A stretch of DNA of 64,000 nt, taken from positions 192,001-256,000 of the forward strand of contig DATGZA010000014.1 in NCBI GenBank assembly GCA_035297365.1, written 5' to 3'. The notes beneath the pieces are model-generated. The model ran no database searches and had not been told where the DNA came from. It saw only the letters and a program-made list of their open reading frames with translations. The stretch comes from Nitrososphaeraceae archaeon (lineage in GTDB: Archaea > Thermoproteota > Nitrososphaeria > Nitrososphaerales > Nitrososphaeraceae). Below are positions 10,479 to 21,234 of the stretch, in pieces (the first letter of the stretch is position 1; the number at the start of each line of letters is the position of its first letter). Both the position numbers and the translations under genes were made by a program.

Positions 10479-10671
10479 AGGACTGGAATACCAAGCAAAA
10501 CTAAAAACGTGCTTGATTAGTTCCATAGTGTATTTCTCTGACATATGAAACATGTCATACCATTTATCTTTCAAAGTTTCAAATAGCTAATATTTAAGAC
10601 AATACAGCGTTGGCAAAATTATTGCTGATGGAAAATCTGGATTAATTATATTTATATAAATTTTGGTATTA

Positions 10672-10821
10672 AAGTGAAAAATATCGAGAATTCAGATCGG
10701 TTTTATATTATCATTGAAAAGTTTATTTATTAAAAACAAGTAATAGATCGGGTCTATAATCTCTAATTAATCAATCCAAAGGTTAAGATTCGAGGTGAGC
10801 ATAATGCTCCCGCTTAAGGTT
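10672..10821 (+). repeat. diverged ~150-bp repeat, copy 1, ending in the tRNA-Thr 3' terminus
   Basis: shares gtgaaa..atatc..tcagat..aaaacaa.taatagat..ataatctctaattaat.aatcc..gattcga.gtgagcata with 13620-13767; ends TCCCGCTTAAGGTT (12/14 to tRNA). Confidence 0.8.
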
Positions 10822-11039
10822 GTAATACCTAGTGAATGATTGTCATTTTGACTATCTATTTTTTGACAATACCATCATCATTTCTATCTTAACTATTTGG
10901 ACATCTATCATAGTTTGCCCCTACGAATCCGTCAATCAATTGAGTTAAGATAGTTTGTAGTTTATTTCAAGAAAAAGAATTGAATTTGAATATAAAATCG
11001 AAGAACAAAAGATGAAGTACGCAGATAAAAAATATTTTA

Positions 11040-11657
11040 TTACATTTTTAGGATATCTTGTTTCATTTTTAAAAATTCTGCTTCATTAATTATCCCTTGT
11101 TCTTTCAATTTAGCCAATTTAAATAATTCATCTGCAATTGATAATTTTTGATCAGAATGAATACCCGTATGAACTTCTGTGGTTTTTTGCTTTTTAATAT
11201 TCTCCATCGATCTTTTAATATATTCGACTATTTTCTCAGCCTTTTCTTTTGAAATAGCATCTATGTCTCCTCTATAGCCAGAAGCCATAATTTTTACTGC
11301 AGATGAGAACATACATTTTTCTAATTCAATAGATGTAATTTTATCATATGTAATAGACTCGAAATCTTCTCTTGCTCCAAAAAATGAAGGATCTCGTATC
11401 AATATCCTCTTATTGGTTACAAAGATAGTATCAGGGGTAGTGTGAGAACCACCTGGTCTTAATTTTGATTGTTTGGCAACGATCTCAACTTTCTCATCTG
11501 AATCTAATCTCTTTGAAATTTTTTTAATTTCTTCTATTTCTTTAATATCAAATTTGTCTTTGTCTGGGATTTGTCATTGATGGATATTTAAGTTAGGGTT
11601 TGATTCAGACTTGGTTTCTTTATCATTATTATCTTTTCTACCAAAATTCAGAGCCAT
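11040..11657 (-). pseudogene. bacterial-PH-domain + SHOCT protein with in-frame TGA at codon 28
   Basis: ATG 11657 in frame; TGA at 11576-11574; RPGGS..PDTIFVTNKRILIRDP and C-terminal IADELFKLAKLKEQGIINEAEF (SHOCT). Confidence 0.8.
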
Positions 11658-11929
11658 ATGAATACAATATATTAGAAATTATCAAGTTATCAATCATCAA
11701 TTACCATAGAAATTGAGAAATTAAAAGACATGCTAAAAGCATATTGCAAGTGAAAATCTAATTATCTTGATTAGAGAATTATAATAAGATTGTAAAGTAA
11801 TTAATTCATTTTAGCTGATAAAGGCATTAATTTATTATAATATTTTTCGAGTTTTTTTATTGTGTTGATAATATCTATGAATTGGTAAATAATTTACAAA
11901 ATATGCTAAAATAGCTTTGTTAAATAGTT

Positions 11930-12253
11930 TTAGACTTGAATAATTCCAAAATAAAATGAGTTGAAAATATTCAGGTAATCATCCTCATCGTCATCAAATA
12001 GCCATGGCTGACATACGTTTGGATATCTCAATGAATCATCAGGGTCGTCACAGACATCATCTTCAAAATATGTCCTCTCTTTTTCATTCTCAATCTCATA
12101 TCTGTCCTTTTTAACACTCCATTCTCCCCCATAACCTTCGCAATATTATTTAGGTTTGTCTTCTTTACCTGCATATATAATAGATATTAGCGAGGTAAAT
12201 GAAACAATAGTTACCATCAGCACAGGAATCATTATGCGTTTTGTTTCTATCAT
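11930..12253 (-). pseudogene. small secreted acidic Cys-containing protein with in-frame TAA
   Basis: MIETKRIMIPVLMVTIVSFTSLISIIYAGKEDKPK*YCEGYGGEW...CDDPDD...; stop at 12148-12146. Confidence 0.55.
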
Positions 12254-12438
12254 AAAATTGTTATTCAAACATTATAAGATATTGTTAACCTTTTATGGGT
12301 AACCATGGAATTAGTCTTTCAGCTTTAGAAAGATCTTTTAGTTACAGAAATTCTTAAATTAAGAACTAAGACTCATAAGATTTTCATTTATAGATTCGAA
12401 AAGTGAATTCTTTATTTGAAATAATTAATTAACTAAGG

Positions 12439-12675
12439 TCATCGTATTGAACAGATAAGATTTACATATGCCTTTAAAACTTCTGCTTGAAATGTGACCA
12501 TCTTTATGCAATAGGAATATGCAGCAAATCCTAAATTCAGGGCTTGGATTTCCGTGGTTAGCTCCTTCATTAAATCAGGATTACCATTTTTAATATGAAT
12601 TTTTATAGTGGCTGTAACCAAATAATCAAAATGTTTATTATACTTACGTTCTAAATGTATACAGGATGGCAGCAA
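12439..12675 (-). CDS. hypothetical protein
   Basis: 78-aa ORF only. Confidence 0.3.
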   Translation of the reverse strand: MLPSCIHLERKYNKHFDYLVTATIKIHIKNGNPDLMKELTTEIQALNLGFAAYSYCIKMVTFQAEVLKAYVNLICSIR

Positions 12676-12784
12676 AAAAGAAGAGTAAAAGTAAGAGTAC
12701 GAAAAAAAAATAAAGCGTTAGCATCTATTTCTATTTTTTGTCTAACTCTTCTCATTCGTTTATTGACACAGTTGTATATTATTT

Positions 12785-13177
12785 TCAAATTATATTTTCA
12801 TCAACTTCAAAGAATCTTAACTTGCCTGGATAAGGGATTGGATTTTTTAACATCTTTGCATCTCTAATGAAGAAACCATATCTATAGCCTTCAAAATACT
12901 TGGTAATCACAGAAAAGTGTTTGTGTCTGTCCTTTTCAAATTCTTGTTCATTACTGTATTCTTTAACATCATATAGAAAAGCAGAACCTATTATTGCTCC
13001 TATTGTAAAGTTGTTACTATTCATATCTAGTCTTTCACAGGATTCTATATCGATATTTTTTGAGGCATGAATTAGAAATTCTGCTCGGAATGAAGAATTC
13101 CATTTCCTTAGCTCTATTGTCTTTTCACCATGAGCTAAAAGGTCTGCAAAAGGCTGTTTTAATGACAAACATTTCAT
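12785..13177 (-). CDS. ASCH domain protein
   Basis: CLSLKQPFA..GEKTIELRKW...LIHAS...GAIIG...PIPYPGKLRFF. Confidence 0.92.
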   Translation of the reverse strand: MKCLSLKQPFADLLAHGEKTIELRKWNSSFRAEFLIHASKNIDIESCERLDMNSNNFTIGAIIGSAFLYDVKEYSNEQEFEKDRHKHFSVITKYFEGYRYGFFIRDAKMLKNPIPYPGKLRFFEVDENII

Positions 13178-13619
13178 GAAATGCTGGTGTATTGTTACAA
13201 GGAACTTGTAATTTTATTTTATGTCTTTGTATGTTTTGTCATTTATTTTTGCTAGATTTCAATCTAGCGGATGCGTTTTTGATCTTCGAATATCGGCATT
13301 GGATGCTTTATCATTACGAAAACATGCAAATGCTCTACAATAATAAAAAAAACCACAAGAAGGACATATTGGGTTTACTAATGATGACATATTCAAAATA
13401 GCAATTAAGACATTTCATATTACAAACATAAATTATAATTTTTATATACACCTATGGGAAAATTGATTGAGTAATAACAGATATTTCATTATAAGTAGTA
13501 AACTTGAAGTTTATTTCCTTATTAATGTCTCATAACAATTTATGAATCAATCAAAGAACTCTACTAGTTTCAGAATTCTGAACCTCTGGTTGATGATATT
13601 ATTGTCAATTTTTATAACA

Positions 13620-13767
13620 TGTGAAATATCAAGGAATCAGATTGGGTTTCTTATAATATTATCGAAAACCTTTATTTCTTTCAAAACAAATAATAGATAG
13701 AGCACATAATCTCTAATTAATGAATCCGAAAATTAGGATTCGAAGTGAGCATATTTCGCTCAAGGCT
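13620..13767 (+). repeat. diverged ~150-bp repeat, copy 2, ending in the tRNA-Thr 3' terminus
   Basis: similar to 10672-10821; ends CGCTCAAGGCT (11/11 to tRNA 3976-3986). Confidence 0.8.
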
Positions 13768-13884
13768 CATCCTTTAAGCATAAATTTTGATATTTTTGAA
13801 AAATCGGTTGCGTATTTATGACTATCGACATAACTTTTTATCAGAATTCGTATATATCATCTTGTTATATTATTAAGTTGGATT

Positions 13885-14244
13885 TTGAAAGTCATCAGGA
13901 AACAACAAGGAAAATCGGTTAGTACCAAGGTAAAGATTTCGGATAAAAGTATCAATACGAATAAAGATAACAGATCAACTAAAGTAACGATAAGAAAGAA
14001 TAGAATTTTATCAAATCAGAAAATGGTAGGAAAAGATATGGTAAAGAGACAGTTTAAAGGAAGTAGTAGGAAATTATGTATGGGGATAACTATGGATAAA
14101 GAATTCCTTGAAGGGTATTTAGACAAGCATGCAGCTGAACTGAAAATGTCAAGGAGCTGGCTTGCATATTCAATACTTAGAATGTACTATGGTTTACCAG
14201 TAGAACAAAATATAAAGAAAGCATTGTGGTCTTCTAAAAAATAA
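13885..14244 (+). CDS. basic protein with C-terminal ribbon-helix-helix (CopG-like) domain
   Basis: GITMDKEFLEGYLDKHAAELKMSRSWLAYSILRMY pattern; true start uncertain. Confidence 0.6.
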   Translation: MKVIRKQQGKSVSTKVKISDKSINTNKDNRSTKVTIRKNRILSNQKMVGKDMVKRQFKGSSRKLCMGITMDKEFLEGYLDKHAAELKMSRSWLAYSILRMYYGLPVEQNIKKALWSSKK

Positions 14245-14780
14245 TTTTCCTACAACAACAAATTCACTGTAAGATTTATTGAAAAAATTCAGAAAAGAAG
14301 ATTAAAAAGAATATTATAAAAAATATTATGAATAACAGATAAAATAACCGGGAGAAAAAACGATTCAACATTAGTAATTCAAATATTAATTCAGTATTTA
14401 ATTATATTTTTACATTTAGTATGGGTCTTCAATTTTATAAGTCGTGCATCATTTCCATTCATAAATGTAAATAATATCTCTTTTTACCAAAACATTATAC
14501 TTTTATTATCGTATCAATATCGGTATTACATCGCACGCGTCAATAATGTTTAGGGTTTTATTTATTGCACAATACATTAATTATCAAATCAATTTTAGTT
14601 ATATAAATGAGAAATTAAAAGAAAGGTAATGAATTTTAGTAAAAAGAGGTGTATTACTTGGTGTTGATTTTTATGAAATAGATGTGGTATGTAAGAATCA
14701 TGAATCTTGGAAAGAAAAGATGAAGTGATAATGTACAGCTATCAAAAAATATGAAATCAATGCAATTGGTGGGTGAATAA

Positions 14781-15092
14781 ATGGGTATAGCGTCACAAGT
14801 ATTTAGATATCTTTTTGGTTTCATAATCCTATTAACAGGATTTGGATTAATAATAACAGCATTGGCTCAGCCTTTACTGTTTTTAGGCGGTATTCCTATA
14901 ATTGGTTTATTAGTAACAATCTTTGGATTTGCCATTATGTATCTGGCACACAGGTCAAGACCTACAAAAGAAAAGGAGATGTTGAAGATGCAGGCTGAGG
15001 AGTAATTTAGAGAACAAAAGTTGAAGAAGGATATGGAAAAGAGAAAGATAGAGGAGATGGAAAAAGCGGAAAAGGAAAGGGAAAAAGAATAG
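14781..15092 (+). pseudogene. two-TM protein with coiled-coil tail interrupted by in-frame TAA
   Basis: after the TAA at 15003-15005 the frame continues FREQKLKKDMEKRKIEEMEKAEKEREKE*. Confidence 0.6.
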
Positions 15093-15583
15093 ACATGAAA
15101 TTAAATTTTTAAATTTGTATCTCAATAACATATTATACTTTCATCTAATTTGCATTGCGTGTTATACCTCATTATCTGAAAAGTTATTGCTAAATAAAAT
15201 CATAAAATAAAAGATATAAAATAATTTATTACTTTTGCAGACAGAATTTCTCACGAAGCACAAAATATCTTTTAGACAATTCCATCTAATTTTTGTATTC
15301 TAATAAATTCTATGCATCAACATTATTACATTTATTTGCATGGTTTAAAAATTCCGATGTTTTAGAAGTATGCATAAACTACTTACTGATTTAAAAATAA
15401 AAATGAATAGAATGAATTGTTGACAAATTAAATAGGATAACTATTTCATAATACAATTTTGAACCAAGACATGGATATTTCTTATATTTTTTTATTGCAA
15501 ATAATATGTGGAATGTTTTTCTGTAATTAGCTTACCTCTTCATGTGACGTTATACTAAAATAAGTAAATTCTTTATTAATAAT

Positions 15584-15844
15584 ATGGCAAATAGAAGCAG
15601 AACAGAAATAGTTTGTAATATACTTGATGCTGCAAATGGAGGAGCAACCAAGACAAAAATTATGTACATAGCTTTCGTAAGTTATAATCAATTAAAAGAG
15701 TATCTTTCTATTTTGATAGAATACAATCTAATAGAATATATTGATGGCACTCACACATTCAAGACAGCAGAAAAAGGATTAAACTTTGTTAAAATGCATA
15801 ACGAAATGGGAGAATTATTACAAAATACCATCAAAAATAACTAA
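15584..15844 (+). CDS. small archaeal winged-helix regulator (HTH_45-like)
   Basis: RSRTEIVCNILDAANGGATKTKIMY...YNQLKEYL..L...TAEKG. Confidence 0.9.
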   Translation: MANRSRTEIVCNILDAANGGATKTKIMYIAFVSYNQLKEYLSILIEYNLIEYIDGTHTFKTAEKGLNFVKMHNEMGELLQNTIKNN

Positions 15845-16163
15845 TTAATTTATAATCTGAGGTATGGTAACAACTAAAGACTGTTCAATAGTTGGTGACT
15901 AATCAGTAACGAACTGTTACACAGATTATATATCATTTTTTAATACGATATTATAGTTTCACAATAATTGATTTGTTGTGCTTAAGTATGGGATCACAGG
16001 TGATTGTGATTCACTTCACCACTGACTTTTTATTACGCAGCGTTATAAGGGAATCAATAATGTCTCAAAAACATCATTTCAACCATCTTTGACCTTTTTA
16101 TAATGCCAACAATTTTGTAATACAAAGTAATTTTTAAATATTATCTTATTTATTACTATAACA

Positions 16164-16409
16164 TTAGACTCGTATTTTTGCAAAGCTATCAGTATTACTG
16201 CTGATGGTTATGTGCCTGTCCATAGGCCTGTATATCCATTTCTTATAGGGTCTATTACCATTGGTGTCTTCAAATTCACTTGGTAATTCTATTGATGTTG
16301 TTTTATCTGGAGTTACATCATATTTTAATATCTTTTTATCAAAATCATAAACAGGATTATACAATTCAACAATCACAATATTTTCTATAATTTGTAATAA
16401 TATTCTCAT
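16164..16409 (-). pseudogene. probable fragment of a thaumarchaeal hypothetical family
   Basis: IVELYNPVYDFDKKILKYDVTPD..SIELPSEF looks protein-like while the flanks look degenerate. Confidence 0.35.
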
Positions 16410-16585
16410 GTTTATTCAGACTATCTTGATTTACATTTAATTGAACCTTAGATAATTAAATTTTCTACAAACATACATGTATTACAAATATTCATGAAAA
16501 TGAATGAAAAAATAGAAATAGCTAAAAATACATTCATGTTAGTCGGAACTAATAAAAAATCCCAAATTCGATAACCTTTGATTTT

Positions 16586-17755
16586 TTAATTAAAATCAAC
16601 AATTTCAATCCAATTTGGATCTTTACCCGACTCATACCGATCCAAGAGTTTTAATTCACCAGTTTCTGGATTGATCGCGTGTACCGATAAATGATCTGAT
16701 TTTTGTCCTGCTACGATTACAAAATTACCCTTAGGATCAATATTAAAACCACGTGGCATCTTTTCAGTATCGTAGGTTCCAATGTAAGTCAAATTACCCA
16801 AGCGACTGTCAACAGCAAATGCGCTAATCGTGTTGGTAGCTCTTTCACTTACGTATAACCATTTACCATCAGGTGTTATGTGAATATCTGCAACTTTAAT
16901 GGTAGTACTCTCCCCATCTGTCATACCTTGGGCACCATATCCGGCTACATTAGTTGATTGTTCAAGGTTTATGTTAGGAGGAAATACCGAAATTCTCTGG
17001 ATTTCCGTTAAAGTTCCTGTCTTGTTATTGATTTCATAAGAATAAACCGTACCATCCATTTCATTTGATACAAAGACAAACTTGTTATTTGGTGAAAAAG
17101 CAAGATGTCGTGGTCCAGAACCCTCTTTTGTATATACAGCATCAGGATCGTTTGGTGTAAGAATTCCAGTAGATTCATTAAACAAAAATTGTCTTATCTG
17201 GTCATTTCCTAATTGAGGTACGTACACAAATCGGTTTGATGCATCAACTAAAATTGAATGGGGATTTGGACCCGTAGGAATTACCTGTATAGGTTCTGCT
17301 TGGACGAAACCTTTCAGGTTTATAGGATTTACCGCAATTTTTGATCCAGTATAGGATGCTGATAAAAGAAAACGTCCGTTTTGATCTACAGAGATATATA
17401 CCATGTTATCTGTCAACGGTTCTTTAGAAAGATGAGTTAGGTTACCAGTCTCAGAATTAATCGAATAAGAAATTACTGAATAAGGTTCTGAACGAACAGA
17501 AGCATAGAGGAACCGATGTTCTGGACTCAATGCCATATGCATCACGTTTGGCCCAGCATGTACCTTTTCCAGCATTTTCATATCACCTGTTTCAGCATTT
17601 AACTTCATGACTGCAATATTTCCATCACCACCATTAGAAACATACACAAACGTTCTATCTGAATTAGCATACACAAACGTTCTATCTGAATTAGACTGAA
17701 TTATTACCAAAAATAAAATCTGAATCATTAGCGCCCTCACAAAAATTCGAAGCAT
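16586..17755 (-). CDS. secreted lactonase (6-phosphogluconolactonase/YbhE-like 7-bladed propeller)
   Basis: FVYVS, PHSILVD, GSGPRHLAF, ADIHITPDGKWLYVSER, PRGFNIDP. Confidence 0.92.
   Translation of the reverse strand: MLRIFVRALMIQILFLVIIQSNSDRTFVYANSDRTFVYVSNGGDGNIAVMKLNAETGDMKMLEKVHAGPNVMHMALSPEHRFLYASVRSEPYSVISYSINSETGNLTHLSKEPLTDNMVYISVDQNGRFLLSASYTGSKIAVNPINLKGFVQAEPIQVIPTGPNPHSILVDASNRFVYVPQLGNDQIRQFLFNESTGILTPNDPDAVYTKEGSGPRHLAFSPNNKFVFVSNEMDGTVYSYEINNKTGTLTEIQRISVFPPNINLEQSTNVAGYGAQGMTDGESTTIKVADIHITPDGKWLYVSERATNTISAFAVDSRLGNLTYIGTYDTEKMPRGFNIDPKGNFVIVAGQKSDHLSVHAINPETGELKLLDRYESGKDPNWIEIVDFN
17641..17694. repeat. perfect 27-bp tandem duplication in the lactonase N-terminus
   Basis: catacacaaacgttctatctgaattag x2 (NSDRTFVY repeated). 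Confidence 0.95.
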
Positions 17756-17962
17756 GAATGAGACTATGCAGTGTCTTTTGTTATTATTAATTTATCCATA
17801 TGTTATTGTCGGTAGATATAATAATTTGAACCAACTTTTGGAATCATTTGAAATAAATATTAATCAAAAGAGATCCATGTAAATAGAAAAAATTTTGTAT
17901 TCTGTTCTAATAGCTATTTCGATATCTATAATAACTATGACTAAAATCCTTATCTCAGAAAA

Positions 17963-18288
17963 ATGCAACCAGATAACAAAAACAATAGGAAATCAAATTA
18001 TTCATTTTTAACCAAATCAGAATTCGACCTATTCAATGGAAAAGGACATTAATCTATTTCAAATAACTTTGAGTATAAAATGAGATCCAATATTAAAAAG
18101 TTCTTATATTCTTGGAAAATGAATTACCACGACTTGCAGAAAATAACCTGATTTCCTTTGGCTATGACAGTTACAATATTGATCCTAATATTGTAGAAAA
18201 TATTGAAAATGATAATGACTTGGTAAGGAAACGGTCGCGGGATCGGATCCTTCTCAAGGCTATAATACAGAAAAATAAAAAAATATAA
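17963..18288 (+). pseudogene. second decayed putative Int(N)-like ORF abutting a tRNA-Thr fragment
   Basis: ...FLTKSEFDLFNGKGH*SISNNFEYKMRSNIKK / LIFLENELPRLAENNLI...; homologous to 6856-7115. Confidence 0.55.
18219..18261 (+). repeat. tRNA-Thr 3'-half copy (att-like)
   Basis: 39/43 identical to 3944-3986. Confidence 0.9.
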
Positions 18289-18342
18289 TATTATTTAATA
18301 TACCTAAAAATGGTATCTAGCTTTGATCTCAAACAGTGGCAG

Positions 18343-18480
18343 TTATTCACCTTCATATTTCTCTTCTTCCAGTTCATCTTCTTCTTCCTGTTTATCATCC
18401 TCTATGTGATGAGTTTCATCCTTATTTTCTTCTCTTTCAGTTTGTTCACTTTCTTCCTCATTTTCAGATTTATTACTCAT
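18343..18480 (-). CDS. 45-aa highly acidic protein
   Basis: MSNKSENEEESEQTEREENKDETHHIEDDKQEEEDELEEEKYEGE; purine-rich minus strand. Confidence 0.5.
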   Translation of the reverse strand: MSNKSENEEESEQTEREENKDETHHIEDDKQEEEDELEEEKYEGE

Positions 18481-20231
18481 AATTATAATGATATAAAAGT
18501 AAATCTAATAACTTTATTGTCATGTCTTTTTATTTTTTAAAAAATCATTTATTTCTAACTTGCTAGGTATTTTTGTAACACGTAACGATTTATGAATTTG
18601 GGACCAAGAGAAATTGAATTCAATGTTTCAATAATATTTTTCCTCAACTATTAGATAAATAAAAATTTTTAATGTCTTCTAATATCATTAAAGAAGAACG
18701 TGTATCAGCGATTCTTCGTTTATTTTTATTAGATTGGATCAATAATTTTTCGATATAATGCTTATCTGGATTAGGCGATTCAATGAACCCCAGAATTCTC
18801 AGACTAAATTTTATAACCATGTCCAAAATAACTTTGTTATCTCGTTTTGAAAATTGTGTGGGTTAGTAGCTTTTTTTCAATTATGTGATAAGAACGCTTT
18901 CAAAATTATCAATTTTTTTTCTAATTTAGCTTTTAATCTTTTGAATGATAATCACCTATTCATTCTTTATTATCCTAATAGCCATTCTAATTGTGTTTTA
19001 GTAAATAGCGATGGTTTAACGATTTGGTTAACTCAATTATAGGCTGCTAATATTTTATCCTAGATAAAATCAATTTGAAAGAAAGAAATACAAAAGTCAC
19101 AATAATTTTATAATGACAATATGATAGTTTAGTATTATGTGTTGAGAATATTCATGTCAGGAAACAGATTGTATTTGTAGCTATTCACAGAAGATGAAGG
19201 GATATCGTTATCATGTTGTGTATACTAAAGTTGTGATCTGTGATAACTGGTCTTCTATTTATCTTCAGTTTGCTTAATAACCATAATACATCTTTAAAAT
19301 AGTCAATCGATGACTTCTGGAGCGATATCAGGAGATTATCTTGATTATGAGAATCAATTACAGTTCTGCTATCTTTGGTTTTATTCTCTTTGTTTATACC
19401 TACCTCATTTTTAGAGGTGCGATTCATCAAACACCAATTCAAAACCATATATATATCAAAGTTTATCCCCCCTCTATCACCTGATACCAGGAACAGAAAT
19501 ATTTATGAGCCTCCTCACACAAGCACTCTAAAAAATTAGAGATTTCTAGCTAAAAATGCTTTTGGCCTCCGAGTTCGCGGCTTTTTGTATTATCTAAAGA
19601 AATTAAGTACTTCCGGCACAAAAAAGTTATTTGATATTAGAAATGATGATAGAAAATTAGAAATATCTAGGTTTTCTATATTTTGGTCTAGATAATTCTA
19701 CTAAAGTATCCTCAAGGATATTTCTAGCGCAGCCATCAGGATGTTCGGTATATTATCTATAATCACGCCTGCTGTCTTTTAGTGGAAGCATACTTTAATC
19801 GCATCTGTACACTGTTTAGATACAAGATAGAACAAATCGGTGATATGCGATCCGTACTTTCTTTTTATGTTCTCTGTATTTAATGCCTAGTATTCTTCTA
19901 AGTTTCCATAGAAACTGTTAATTTTTCTTTAATCGTTTGTACAATGTTGATTGTTTATTTATTCCTCTGTTAAATGCTGATTTTTCTCGTTTCATGTTGG
20001 GATAATATCGTTAGGTCATAATATCGTGAGTTAACTCGAATCTCATGGGGGCTTTGCGTTAAAAAATAGTTATATACATTTTAGTCTAGGTCAAAACATT
20101 TCCTAAAAGATATAAACAAATAATTATAATTTATAAGCCCTGTGACTTGTTAGATATAAACAAAATAAGGCAGCCAGAACAACATTTATTTTCATTTTTA
20201 TTGAAATAATCACACTTTCGACAATTTAAAA

Positions 20232-20510
20232 ATGACGATTTTGTCTTTTTATACGCTAATAACAGAGGATGAATTTCTTATAGAGATGAGCGGTAACAAT
20301 CCAGTCGCAACTCAATTTGATGTTTCTAGTATCACGTTGGATGATTGGTTGGGTCCAAGTATATATGTAATAAAATACACAGTATATCAATCACTTTCGC
20401 AAGATTTAGTTTCTTTAGAACAGCAATTCCCAGATCCACGATTCGTTAATCTTCCCGGTTCAACACTATTTTTTGAGATTGTATTTAGTACTATATTACG
20501 GCAACAATAA
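20232..20510 (+). CDS. hypothetical protein or gene fragment
   Basis: 92-aa ORF. Confidence 0.3.
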   Translation: MTILSFYTLITEDEFLIEMSGNNPVATQFDVSSITLDDWLGPSIYVIKYTVYQSLSQDLVSLEQQFPDPRFVNLPGSTLFFEIVFSTILRQQ

Positions 20511-20850
20511 CAAGAGGAGCGAGAGAATCACATATCTGTACTATACAAAACCAATTTGTCGTTTTGAATGAAGAATAAAATTGGAAAATAATTATCAAGC
20601 AAGACTTGGTAACCAGTATACCAATTGAACAAACTGTTTTTCTTCTTTTTTTCTTTTTTTCAATAATTGATTAATCTGTTACTCTAAGGAAATTGCTACT
20701 AACGGTAATAACATGAATACTAGTAAAAGATTTGTTTTAATAATGTGAAAATTCTTTTTCAGTTCCTCCCCTTTATCTTTTGGGATCTTTAAATAATTTA
20801 CATTTACATCTCAATATTGTTTTTTAGTAGAGTATATTACATTATATTTA

Positions 20851-21234
20851 ATGAAAAATATCTTAATAGTTGATGATGATCTTGATACTTCTTTAAGATA
20901 TAAGAAATGGTTGGAAGAAGATGATTTCAATCTAACTTTAATAAACGACCCACAATTAGCAGAAAAAAATTTTAGATCTCAAGACTATGATCTTGTTCTT
21001 ATTGGTTTTAGAATGTCTGTAATGGATGGTTTTGATCTTTATAATAAATTGCTTGAGATATCAAAAAAGGTAGAGGATACACCTCAAGAATTTAAGATAT
21101 GTTTTATGACATCATCACTAATAAATTATAAAGCGTTAGCAGAAATGCATCCAGAATTTGGAAAGGAATGTTATGTTTCAAAACAAGTTCCAAAAGATAT
21201 TTTTATAAAACATATCAATTCCTTGATACCCTGA
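20851..21234 (+). CDS. stand-alone response regulator receiver domain, atypical
   Basis: ILIVDDD, YDLVLIGFRMSVMDGFDL (phosphoacceptor D replaced by G), ICFMTS. Confidence 0.9.
   Translation: MKNILIVDDDLDTSLRYKKWLEEDDFNLTLINDPQLAEKNFRSQDYDLVLIGFRMSVMDGFDLYNKLLEISKKVEDTPQEFKICFMTSSLINYKALAEMHPEFGKECYVSKQVPKDIFIKHINSLIP

Larger units (their letters stand above)
3913..18288. mobile_element. composite decayed genomic island integrated at tRNA-Thr(GGT)
   Basis: tRNA 3'-end copies at 7070, 10808, 13757 and 18219; low coding density; several pseudogenes; no intact integrase visible. Confidence 0.75.

Noticed and set aside
18310-18540. Phe-rich plus-strand ORF
   Set aside because: Antisense shadow of the acidic 45-aa ORF
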